Assembly: GCF_022846255.1 (NCBI RefSeq)
Contig: NZ_AP025682.1
Direction: 5' to 3' (one strand)
DNA length: 64,000 bases
From: Escherichia coli
GTDB taxonomy: Bacteria; Pseudomonadota; Gammaproteobacteria; Enterobacterales; Enterobacteriaceae
Shown: positions 1 to 8,763 of the stretch, piece by piece
Layout: every line of letters begins with the position of its first letter
Position numbering within the stretch: position 1 is the first letter of the stretch
Translations under genes and position numbers: made by a program
Notes under the pieces: model-generated
The model's database searches: none
What the model was told of the DNA's origin: nothing
Seen by the model: only the letters and a program-made list of their open reading frames with translations

Positions 1-371
1 CGTTGCGAGAAATCATAATAACGGAGGCGGAAAGGATCTTTGATCGCCACAAAAATCTTGCTGGCCACTTGTGCGTAGTCGGGTTCTTCTTGTCCCGGAT
101 AGGCTTCATTGAGGTGCCCAACCAGACATAACTCCGCTTCCTTACGCGTCATTCCAGGCCGGCGCTCGCGGTCAGCATAATAAAGCATGGCGTCAAAGAG
201 ATACATGATTGCCGCCAGCGCATCAAGCTCAACACCATCGAACGGATTTCGCTGAAGGGCGCTATATATTGAATCCAGCGTCCGCACGACCAGCAAGGCG
301 TGAGACTGAATAGACAGCTCACGACGTGCCATTGATTCATTACGAGCCTGCTCCAAAAACCCTAGCGACAT
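1..371 (-). CDS. hypothetical protein, N-terminal part (gene runs off the left edge)
   Basis: Absent from the ORF track because it is open to the window edge. My translation of the minus strand from the ATG at 371-369 reads MSLGFLEQARNESMARRELSIQSHALLVVRTLDSIYSALQRNPFDGVELDALAAIMYLFDAM... with no stop down to base 1. It is divergent from the WYL regulator gene. No family recognised. Confidence 0.4.
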   Translation of the reverse strand, partial: MSLGFLEQARNESMARRELSIQSHALLVVRTLDSIYSALQRNPFDGVELDALAAIMYLFDAMLYYADRERRPGMTRKEAELCLVGHLNEAYPGQEEPDYAQVASKIFVAIKDPFRLRYYDFSQ

Positions 372-416
372 AACATTCTCCCTCTGAGACGGAAGCCACT
401 ATAGTACTCCCCTGCC

Positions 417-443
417 AATTAAGCAAAGAAACTTTGCTTAATT
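417..443. promoter_or_regulatory. perfect 12-bp inverted repeat in the divergent promoter region (candidate operator of the WYL regulator)
   Basis: AATTAAGCAAAG-aaa-CTTTGCTTAATT followed by a T-run. It lies between the two divergent genes (371 and 547). There is no upstream plus-strand gene for it to terminate. Confidence 0.35.
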
Positions 444-546
444 TTTTTTTATAGCAATGTTATTTGTTTTGATGTCATTCGCCTTCTATACTCAGTCGGT
501 ATATCAAACCGCAATTGATTAACCTGCAAATAAGAATAAAACTGAT

Positions 547-1440
547 ATGTACTACTCAAAGTTTCTTGAGAAACACAAATCCCCCCTCAGCCACGCACAA
601 TGGTTGCGCTTGCGCTATATTGAGCGCCAGCTACTGTGGGAACGAAAAGTCACTTCGCGCATGATTGCTGAAGAGTTTGGCGTCTCGGCGCAACAAGCTC
701 GTACTGATGTAAGAACCTATATGGAGGTCGCTCCAGGCAATGCTATTGAGAAGGGGGCCGGCCGAAAAGGGTATTTCCCCAGTACGACGTTTACGCCTGT
801 TTTGCTGGGAGACAACGATCTGGTCTGGCGTGCGACGGTAGAATTTCAACCGCCGCAAGCGGCCCACGCGCAGGAAATCCCGCTCATCCATCGCGCCGTG
901 CATAGCCGCACGCTGGCAATTTTTTTGTCAGCAATCGAACAGAAAGGACAAGTAAAAGTGACTTATGCGTCAATGGAAAACCCGGAAGGCATATCTCGTA
1001 CACTAAGCCCTACGGTAATTATCACCGTTAACGGGCGTCAGCATGTGCGAGCCTATGACTGGGGAAGTTCGGCGTTTAAGGACTTTGTTTTGGCGCGATT
1101 TCTGGACTCGCCGGAACTGATTGTTCCTGCACCCGCCCCGCCACGCAAAGATACCGCGTGGGAGGTCATAATCCCCGTGCGTTTTATCGCAAATCCAACA
1201 CTAAACAAAGCGCAACAAGAGGTAATTAAGCGGGACTATTTACTTGAACCCTCTGAATTCAACATTCGTGCACCAATGATTTTTTATTTATGCCCTGAAA
1301 ACAATCTGCCTAAAACAGATGATGAATATGCACAAGCTACTGACGCCAGCAGCCACGGCCCCTTTATCTACCCTGTTCTAGCTGTGCACGCCCAAACAGG
1401 GGAGCCTATTCATAAGTACCGCCATGCAGGTGAGAGATAG
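547..1440 (+). CDS. wHTH + WYL-domain transcriptional regulator (BrxR/CapW-like)
   Basis: The N-terminal segment ...VTSRMIAEEFGVSAQQARTDVRTYMEV... looks like a winged HTH. The central segment VKVTYASMENPEGISRTLSPTVIITVNGRQHVRAYDWGSSAFKDFVLARF fits the WYL-domain pattern (beta-rich, R.Y..... F.L.R). A hairpin at 1477-1503 follows the stop. Confidence 0.55.
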   Translation: MYYSKFLEKHKSPLSHAQWLRLRYIERQLLWERKVTSRMIAEEFGVSAQQARTDVRTYMEVAPGNAIEKGAGRKGYFPSTTFTPVLLGDNDLVWRATVEFQPPQAAHAQEIPLIHRAVHSRTLAIFLSAIEQKGQVKVTYASMENPEGISRTLSPTVIITVNGRQHVRAYDWGSSAFKDFVLARFLDSPELIVPAPAPPRKDTAWEVIIPVRFIANPTLNKAQQEVIKRDYLLEPSEFNIRAPMIFYLCPENNLPKTDDEYAQATDASSHGPFIYPVLAVHAQTGEPIHKYRHAGER

Positions 1441-1619
1441 ACATTCTGTTTACTAATAATTTATAGCCATTTTCTGCTCCTGCATCAGAGATATGATGCA
1501 GGAATATTAAATACCAGCCACCTATAAATTATGATTTATTAATTTCTGATTCAGTTAAATCCCTCTGAAAATAGACCCGTTTTAGTTCCATGCATCTTTA
1601 GAAATTCCGACCAAATAAT

Positions 1620-1930
1620 GGGGTCGGCAAACATCTATTTGAGACGTTGGTTCTCATCCTCAAGATCCTTGATTATTTTAATATCAGAAGATTCCATACC
1701 GCCGTATCTGGACTTGCAGTTGTAGTAAGTGGCTTAAGATAAGCCGGCCTCCCGGCAGACATCTTTAACAGTTTGCCCGTATTCAAGCGATTTAATCACG
1801 GCGATAATCTGATTCTCAGTAAAAGGGACTTTACGCATAGCGATCTCCTTCATTGGCAGATTGATTATGCCGGAGGATCTCTAAATGTTAATGGCACGAT
1901 TATGCGGGATATTTACAATACCAGTCCAAC
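1620..1930 (-). mobile_element. IS3-family insertion sequence fragment (orfA remnant with two in-frame stops, 3' part deleted)
   Basis: Minus-strand translation from the ATG at 1848 gives MRKVPFTENQIIAVIKSLEYGQTVKDVCREAGLS*ATYYNCKSRYGGMESSDIKIIKDLEDENQRLK*MFAD. This is the conserved IS3-family OrfA HTH/leucine-zipper sequence, broken by TAA at 1734-1736 and a TAG further on. No orfB follows. A TG-initiated end lies near 1928-1930, abutting the truncated integrase. Confidence 0.65.
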
Positions 1931-1948
1931 CCTCAGCTTACTGCAATG

Positions 1949-2818
1949 TCAATCAAGAGGGATGGTCCACATTGACGTATCAAAATCGATCTCTGACCAG
2001 CGAGCAAAACGTAGCTCACTGGAGCGAATAAAGATAAGCAGAGTGAGTTCCGTTGCCCAGCGGGTTAGCGGCCTGCCGGTATAGCCGTCTATTTTCTCAA
2101 GTAACTCAGGGATGCGCTTTAACTCCAGCGCCGGACGATGCTGTCGATTACTGGAAGCAACCGCCCCCGCCATCTCTTGTGCCGGGTTATAATCAATTAA
2201 TCCACTTTGCACTGCATAACGCATGATGGCCGTGGTGCGCTGTTGAAGGCGGGAAGCCACTTCAAAACGTCCAGATTTCTCCACGGCTTTAATGGGAATT
2301 AACAGATCGCGGGTGCCCAGTTCAGCAATATTGCGAGCAACAATTGTTGGGAAGATATTGTCCTCCAGGCTCTTTTTTCCACGATTAGCATGATCTTCCG
2401 ACCATTTTTGGTTGGTTACGAGCCACTCTCTGGCAACCTTCTCGAAAGTAATAATCTCTTTCGCCTGCTCTTCTTTCACAGCACGTTTATGCTCACGAGG
2501 ATCGATACCAGCAGCGACCAGCTTTCTGGCCTCTTCCCTTTTCTTCCGCGCATCCGCCAGCGAAACATCCGGGTAAACGCCGAACGCCATCAAATGTTGT
2601 TTACCACCAAAACGGAAACGAAATCGCCAATACTTTGAACCGCCAGGTTTTACAAGTAAAGACATGCCGTCGCCGTCAACAAGTGAATACTCTTTCTCCT
2701 CAGGTTTTGCAGGACGAACTTTAGTATACGTTAGGGCTATAGTGGTCTTCCTTCCATTGGTATCTCGTGAGTATACAAGCAATATCGAATCGGCAAATAT
2801 ACTTATAAGTATACTCAC
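1949..2818 (-). pseudogene. P4-type tyrosine integrase, inactivated (start codon lost, C-terminal catalytic half deleted)
   Basis: It aligns by eye to the intact island integrase (e.g. RFEVASRLQQRTTAIMRYAVQSGLIDYNPAQEMAGAV vs RLEVASRLQQRTTAVMRYAVQNGLIDYNPAQDMSGAI). The position matching Met1 (MALT...) is ATA at 2738-2740 (IALT). Homology stops at ...SEIDFDTSMWTIP, before the HxxR/Y catalytic region, where the IS fragment begins. Confidence 0.8.
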
Positions 2819-2903
2819 AAGCCTGTTGATGTGGGTTGAGTCAGGTTGACTTCAGTTGAGGAGAAAAGCTGGAAAAGCCTTGCGTAGCGCGGATTTCAGG
2901 CAT

Positions 2904-2927
2904 AAAAAAAGACCTCAGTTGAGGTCT
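2904..2927 (-). terminator. rho-independent terminator (displaced native leuX terminator)
   Basis: An 8-bp stem AGACCTCA/TGAGGTCT with a run of 7 T on the minus strand, lying immediately after the partial tRNA 3'-end repeat. Confidence 0.55.
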
Positions 2928-2940
2928 ATTTACATACTTT

Positions 2941-2963
2941 TGGTGCGAAGGCCGGACTCGAAC
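2941..2963. repeat. distal att direct repeat: copy of the leuX 3' end
   Basis: TGGTGCGAAGGCCGGACTCGAAC matches the 3' end of the tRNA at 21030-21053 (TGGTGCCGAAGGCCGGACTCGAAC) except for one missing C. Confidence 0.85.
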
Positions 2964-2990
2964 ATATTAATTATCCCGTTGTATTTAAGG

Positions 2991-3200
2991 CTATTTTATC
3001 AAAATCATTATTGAAGTACCATCATTAATACCATCATAGGTATTGTTCTCCTTTGGCAACAGTTCTTTGATATCGAAATACTTTAACGAACTTTTTATGA
3101 CATCATACTTTGAAGAAAAAATCACATACTGATTTTCATCCAGTACATCTTGCAAGACAAGGTATAAAACAGGGACTACGATTAAAAATAGCAAAGTCAT
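2991..3200 (-). CDS. hypothetical small protein with N-terminal hydrophobic helix
   Basis: The ORF alone (69 aa, MTLLFLIVVPVLYLVLQ...). No recognisable family, and the region is very AT-rich. Confidence 0.2.
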   Translation of the reverse strand: MTLLFLIVVPVLYLVLQDVLDENQYVIFSSKYDVIKSSLKYFDIKELLPKENNTYDGINDGTSIMILIK

Positions 3201-3685
3201 TCACTAAATGAATTCAAAATCAGTGATGTTCTTATCTGCAAGAATATAATATATTTAAAAGATTATAAGCAATATATAAATAATAATATAGCTTTAAAAA
3301 AACACACATGAATTAGAAGTTAAATACATTAATTAAAGAAACAAATAAGTAAGAATTTTGTTTTTAAATAACTCATGCAAACGCATCGTTTATTTATATT
3401 AAAGGAAAATGATGAAATCCAATCTAAATTTAAATAGCTACATTACAAACGAATAGAAAAAGAAGCATTTTCCATGTTAAACTACTATCTTGGTGAAGAC
3501 AGGGGGTATAGCCTTCTGCGGTAGCCTACGCTCTTCGAATGCAAAGCAAGAAAATAACCTTTATAATCAAATTGTTATGCAATGCGCTTGTAGAGCAAAG
3601 GTATCTTAAACGAATAGGTTTAACAGTTAAAGCCTCTTTACATAGGCTGAACAAGGGCAGTACTTGAAAATGATAAAATTGGGGT

Positions 3686-5371
3686 ATGTTTAAAATTATG
3701 AATGCCCATAGTTTAGAGATGAGAAAAGAGTTAGGAGCATATTATACTCCAAGTGCTCTTAGTCAAGTGATGTCAGATTGGGCAATTAGAAGACCAACTG
3801 ATAAAATACTTGAGCCAAGTTTTGGAGGCTGTGGCTTTTTAGAAAGCTGTGAAAAGAGCCTCATGGAGATAGGCTGCATAAACCCAATGGAAAATTTATT
3901 TGGGGTTGATGTAGACCAAAAAGCCTTTGATACTCTCAAAAAAAAATATGGGCATTTATTAATAAAAAAACATTTCATTTTAAGTGATTTCATTAACGTA
4001 TTTCCAAAAGATTTTGGCATTGAAGATTTTGAGGTTATCATTGGGAACCCTCCTTATATCTCTATGCATAATATGAGTTATGAACAAAGGAAGTCCTGTG
4101 AAAAAGTTTTTGCTGACTCACCTTTTAAAACAAAAACATTAGGACGCAATGCAAGTCTTTGGGGGTTTTTCTTACTCCATGCATTAAGCTTCATTCGAGA
4201 AAATGGACGAATAGCGTGGGTATTACCGAGTAGTTTTTTAAATGCCTATTATGCGAAAGAGCTTATAAGAATTTACAAAAATCATTTTAACCATCTAAAA
4301 ATAATAAAGATAAATGAAAGACTTTTCAAAAATGAAGGTGCCGATGAAATGTCAGTACTTTTTTTATGCGATGAGTTTCACAGGACACCTATCAATAATG
4401 GATACGTTTCAATTGGATTTGCTGACACATTAAATGAACTAACCAGCATAATGACTGGAACTAAAGAAAACAAATTAAATAGCTCTGAAAATTACAAATA
4501 TAATATATTAGATATTGACACATTAAATGTGATATCGTCTATAACAGAACATAAGTACAGTTTAAAAATACAGGATATTGCTGATATAAAGATTGGGATG
4601 GTAACCGGCATGAACAACTTCTTTATATTGGATCAAAATCAAATTTTAAAACATAATTTAGACAATAAACATTTTAGACCAGTTATTTCACGATTTTCAC
4701 ATTTGAAGGGAATTCACCACACATTAAAAAGACATACGAAGTTAATTGCAGACAATAAAAAAGGATTGCTATTACACGTCAGTCCAGATGATTTATATGA
4801 AAAACATAGTCCGTTGAGAAAATATTTATCACAAGTTGATAGAAAAGAACGAGTCAAAAACCGCACATTCAAAAAACGAAAAAAGTGGTTTCAACCAGAT
4901 GATGGTATTTACCCAGACGCATTTTTTTCATATATGGTTCATGAGTTTCCCAGAATGATATTAAATAAAGGGAAAGTTAACTGCACTAACTCAATACATC
5001 GTATCTTTTTCAAAGATATAGCATCTAATAAATTAAAAAAAGCATGTTGCATATCTCTTTTATCAACATTTTCACAACTTTCTGCCGAACTTGAAGGTCG
5101 GTCATATGGCTCAGGTGTGCTAAAAATAGAGCCTACCGCAGGAAAGAACATATCATTCTTAATTAAAGATGATTTAATACACGAGTTAAGCAACTTAAGT
5201 AAAGAAATAGATCAATTGCTTTTAAATAATGAAACAAGCAATGCCACTGCTTTAGTTGATAAGTTTTTTGTTGATAAGGGACTAATTAGCTTAGATGAAT
5301 TGAAAAGTCTTAAAAAAGGGTTATTCAGATTAAGAAAAGATCGATATAAAGGGGTCAAAAATTATGAGTGA
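3686..5371 (+). CDS. N6-adenine DNA methyltransferase, gamma class (Eco57I/TaqI-like) with its own C-terminal target-recognition domain
   Basis: Motif order is GAYYTP (aa 17-22), then the AdoMet motif I EPSFGGCGF (aa 43-51), then the catalytic motif IV NPPY (aa 121-124). A C-terminal TaqI-like specificity signature is present: IKIGMVTGMNNFFIL. Confidence 0.85.
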   Translation: MFKIMNAHSLEMRKELGAYYTPSALSQVMSDWAIRRPTDKILEPSFGGCGFLESCEKSLMEIGCINPMENLFGVDVDQKAFDTLKKKYGHLLIKKHFILSDFINVFPKDFGIEDFEVIIGNPPYISMHNMSYEQRKSCEKVFADSPFKTKTLGRNASLWGFFLLHALSFIRENGRIAWVLPSSFLNAYYAKELIRIYKNHFNHLKIIKINERLFKNEGADEMSVLFLCDEFHRTPINNGYVSIGFADTLNELTSIMTGTKENKLNSSENYKYNILDIDTLNVISSITEHKYSLKIQDIADIKIGMVTGMNNFFILDQNQILKHNLDNKHFRPVISRFSHLKGIHHTLKRHTKLIADNKKGLLLHVSPDDLYEKHSPLRKYLSQVDRKERVKNRTFKKRKKWFQPDDGIYPDAFFSYMVHEFPRMILNKGKVNCTNSIHRIFFKDIASNKLKKACCISLLSTFSQLSAELEGRSYGSGVLKIEPTAGKNISFLIKDDLIHELSNLSKEIDQLLLNNETSNATALVDKFFVDKGLISLDELKSLKKGLFRLRKDRYKGVKNYE

Positions 5372-7673
5372 AGATATTCTTTTTTTGAAGGATAAGATGA
5401 AAGCCCTCCTGGATAATGAGGCTCTCGATTATGATAAAGTATTAGAAACAGCAGTAAAAATCACCGAAAAAGACAACAACAATATTAGATTTTCTGTAGA
5501 TGCGAATTTAGTTAGAAGATTAGGTGAGCAGTTAGTCGCTAAAAAAACTACTGCTGTCAGTGAATTGGTGAAAAATGCTTATGACGCAGATTCGACATTA
5601 GTAAATGTATATTTCGAATTGAACGAAGCAAATCCTCGAATAGTCATATTCGATGACGGCACAGGTATGTCAAAGGAAGATATTATCAATGGATTCATGC
5701 GAATAAGCACAAGTGAAAAAGAAGATAACTCTGTTTCAGAACGATATCAGAGACTAAGAGCAGGTAGAAAAGGTATTGGGCGTTTTTCTACACAGCGATT
5801 AGGAAATTATTTAAAAATAATTACCAAGCAAGAAAATGAAGAGTTAGGATATTTAATAGAAATTAACTGGCAGCAGTTTTCAAAAAAGAAAAATATATCC
5901 TTCATTGCTAACACTATCTCAAAAATCGATGTGGATTTCATTCATGGAACAAAAATAATAATAGAAGATCTGAATGATAAAGATTGGTCTGATGGGAACA
6001 TAAAAACGGCTTATAAATATATTAAGAGCATTATAAATATTGCCCCAAGCGAGACAGATCCAGGTTTCCAAGTAAAGTTCTATTATAAAAATGCCAATGG
6101 CTATGAATTAGTTGCAGATGAGAAAACTGAAATTTTTTCTGATAGTGATGCTCATATTACAGCAACACTTGAAAATGGAAATGCTGTAGTGAGAGTTAGC
6201 AGTGAAACCCTTGGCATAAAAAATGAAAGCATAGATGTATGGTATGATGAAAAAAATAACATACGAAAATTCTCACATATAAACTCTCCAGTAAAGCTTG
6301 ATGCATACTATTTCTCATTAGCAACAGTTAACTCCAGAAAACAAGCGGCATATTTACGTGAAAATGGCGGAATAAAAATCTATCGAAATGGATTCAAGGT
6401 TTCTCCTTATGGAGAGCAGTATGATGACTGGACGGCTCTTGATGACTCGGTTCGAAGGAGAAAGATATTACCCCCTCATGGTAATCAAAACTTCTTTGGA
6501 CACGTCAAAGTTGAAGACCTAAATGGAATAGACTTTGAAGAAACGTCCTCAAGGGAAGGTCTGATTCATACCGATGCCTTTCAAGAACTTCGCCTCTTTG
6601 TATATAAAGCACTGACGGCTGCGGTAATAAGAATTAGTGAAGCCAGAAATATAAAAATAAATCCAAATGACCGTAGCTATGTTAAAGAAACTAAACCAAC
6701 AATATCAGTCAAAGATAAATTAAATATTGTATCTGAAACGATAAGCTCGGTTAGTAAATTGGTAGATGCAGCAACATCTGTTGATGACGTTTCAAGTGAT
6801 GGTGTCATTAATAACATTGAAGATAAAAGTATAAGAAACAAAATTATTGAAGATCTCCATGAAGCCGCAGATGAGCTAAAACAAGCGAGTGTGATATCTC
6901 AATCTTTAATCGATGAAATTGAGCTTCTTAGAGTGCTTGGCGCTATGGGCCTTGCTATTGGTGAGTTTACACACGAAATAAATTTATCAATAACAAGTTT
7001 GAGTATTAACGTTCAAAACCTTAAACAGTCTAAATTATTAGAGGAAGATAGAGACTCTGCTCTAAATAGCCTTGAAAATAATATTGCAACATTAAAATCA
7101 TTTACTAAATTTTTTGACAGTACTATACGTGAGAATGTAAACAGAAATAAGAAAGTTATTGAGATAAGAGACTCTATTGAGCCATTTTATGAATCGATGA
7201 AACCAATAATAGAACGCAAAGGAATTCAGTTTGCAATACATTATGAAGGTTATGAACTTTTTACGAAGCCGATTCATGTTTCAGAGCTATATTCTGTATT
7301 TATAAATCTCTTTACGAATGCATATAAAGCAATACTTCGTTCTGGAACAAATCCACGAAAAATGTCTTTAACTGCGAAAAAAGATAGTGAAGATATAATT
7401 ATCCGATTCGAAGATAGCGGTGATGGAATTGAACCTGCAAATAGAGAAAGAGTTTTTGAGCCTTTCTATACAACAAGTACACCATCAGGACCTTTTGAAA
7501 GTGATGATTTATCATTAAAAGGAATGGGATTGGGGTTATCAATCGTACGTGATCTCGTTGAATCCATGTCTGCAGAAATATCTATAGTTGATGCATCCGA
7601 TGGTTTTACAACGTGCTTTGAGTTGAGAATTCCAAAAGCTGATGATAAGGAAATACCAGATGACATCTATTAA
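5364..7673 (+). CDS. double-GHKL protein: N-terminal MORC/MutL-like ATPase module + coiled region + C-terminal histidine-kinase core (H-box, N, G1, G2 boxes)
   Basis: N-terminal module: ELVKNAYDAD (N71, D74), DDGTGM (aa 97-102), GRKGIGRFS (aa 134-142). C-terminal module: IGEFTHEINLS (H537), INLFTNAYKA (N652), EDSGDGI (aa 683-689), GMGLGLSIV (aa 720-728). No predicted TM segment. The start overlaps the methyltransferase stop by 8 nt. Confidence 0.7.
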   Translation: MSEDILFLKDKMKALLDNEALDYDKVLETAVKITEKDNNNIRFSVDANLVRRLGEQLVAKKTTAVSELVKNAYDADSTLVNVYFELNEANPRIVIFDDGTGMSKEDIINGFMRISTSEKEDNSVSERYQRLRAGRKGIGRFSTQRLGNYLKIITKQENEELGYLIEINWQQFSKKKNISFIANTISKIDVDFIHGTKIIIEDLNDKDWSDGNIKTAYKYIKSIINIAPSETDPGFQVKFYYKNANGYELVADEKTEIFSDSDAHITATLENGNAVVRVSSETLGIKNESIDVWYDEKNNIRKFSHINSPVKLDAYYFSLATVNSRKQAAYLRENGGIKIYRNGFKVSPYGEQYDDWTALDDSVRRRKILPPHGNQNFFGHVKVEDLNGIDFEETSSREGLIHTDAFQELRLFVYKALTAAVIRISEARNIKINPNDRSYVKETKPTISVKDKLNIVSETISSVSKLVDAATSVDDVSSDGVINNIEDKSIRNKIIEDLHEAADELKQASVISQSLIDEIELLRVLGAMGLAIGEFTHEINLSITSLSINVQNLKQSKLLEEDRDSALNSLENNIATLKSFTKFFDSTIRENVNRNKKVIEIRDSIEPFYESMKPIIERKGIQFAIHYEGYELFTKPIHVSELYSVFINLFTNAYKAILRSGTNPRKMSLTAKKDSEDIIIRFEDSGDGIEPANRERVFEPFYTTSTPSGPFESDDLSLKGMGLGLSIVRDLVESMSAEISIVDASDGFTTCFELRIPKADDKEIPDDIY

Positions 7674-8763
7674 CCTACTTTATATCGATGATGATCAGCC
7701 TCAGCAAGTAAAGGGTTTAATTGAAGCAATAATCAGTAAAGCGAGTTTTGATTTAAATATAACTCATAAACCGCCGACGAAAATGAGTGAAATAGCCATA
7801 GAGTTGAGACAAGGTTATGATGGTATCATCATAGATCAAAAACTTGACAGCTTTGTTGAGGGAGTAGAACCAGTTGATTACTTTGGTGCCGCGTTAGCAC
7901 AAAATTTGCGAACACTCATGGCGGGTAAGTCAGATAATATATCTTATAAGCCAATAATTTTACTCTCTCTCGAAAGCTTATTAATTGAATATTATAATCC
8001 CGATTCAAGCTCGCATGATCTATTTGATTTAGTTTTGAGTAAAAGCATATTAGAACAACCAGAATTGTTAGAAAAAAAAGTTCACTTAATAAAATCTATT
8101 GTGAATGCTTACAAACGTGCACATTCGGAAGACTCGTTATATCAATTGCTTTCTCTGAGCAGTAATTATTCATTGCTTGATAAAAGATTTGAAATATATA
8201 TTTCTCAGTATGATAAAGATATACATAAGCTCGTCACATCCATACACTCCACACTTCTGAGAAGTAGTGGCATGTTAGTTTCTGAGATAACTTTGGCAAC
8301 CAGACTGGGTATTAATATTGAAGAATCGCCAGACTGGCACCAAGTAATTGGGCACCTTGAGGAATATAAATACAATGGCATATTCTCTGATTATTATAAA
8401 AGATGGTGGTGGGCAGATGTAGAGTTGTGGATAAATAAAAAGCTTAACTGCCCAATAATTAAAGGATTAACCTCAGAAAAAAGAGTGGAGATCATCAAAG
8501 AAAAACTTGGCTTAGAACGATTGATGCCAATTCATAGCGTACATCCAGGCCAAAGCACCAAGTTTTGGGTTAATTGTATCATCAGTAAAGAACCTCTTGA
8601 TACAATAGATGCTCTTCGTGCATCATCTATGGAATTAAAACCTTGGGAAGATGATAAATACCTTTCAATTAAAACAGTGTTAGAGAGACGGGCCGAAAAA
8701 TATAAAGTACATCCAGAAGATAGAACAAAATTGGATCGAATTCGGGCGAGGTTTAAATTATAA
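7660..8763 (+). CDS. receiver (REC)-like domain protein with uncharacterised ~230-aa C-terminal domain
   Basis: Numbering from the MTSINLLY start. The REC signature residues are in the right order: LLYIDDD (D10-12), GIIIDQKLD (D59), PIILLSL (S103), LVLSKS (K128). The C-terminal part (…YKRWWWADVELWINKK…) matches nothing I recognise. The ORF overlaps the upstream stop by 14 nt. An alternative start at 7642 is possible. Confidence 0.5.
   Translation: MTSINLLYIDDDQPQQVKGLIEAIISKASFDLNITHKPPTKMSEIAIELRQGYDGIIIDQKLDSFVEGVEPVDYFGAALAQNLRTLMAGKSDNISYKPIILLSLESLLIEYYNPDSSSHDLFDLVLSKSILEQPELLEKKVHLIKSIVNAYKRAHSEDSLYQLLSLSSNYSLLDKRFEIYISQYDKDIHKLVTSIHSTLLRSSGMLVSEITLATRLGINIEESPDWHQVIGHLEEYKYNGIFSDYYKRWWWADVELWINKKLNCPIIKGLTSEKRVEIIKEKLGLERLMPIHSVHPGQSTKFWVNCIISKEPLDTIDALRASSMELKPWEDDKYLSIKTVLERRAEKYKVHPEDRTKLDRIRARFKL

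Noticed and set aside
3440-3685. Non-coding stretch upstream of the methyltransferase, less AT-rich than its surroundings, considered as a structured ncRNA (for example retron-like or a riboswitch)
   Set aside because: I could not find convincing long stems or any known RNA motif by eye, and no reverse transcriptase or other RNA-dependent partner is present. It is most simply the promoter/5' UTR of the operon. A covariance-model scan (Rfam/Infernal) would settle it.
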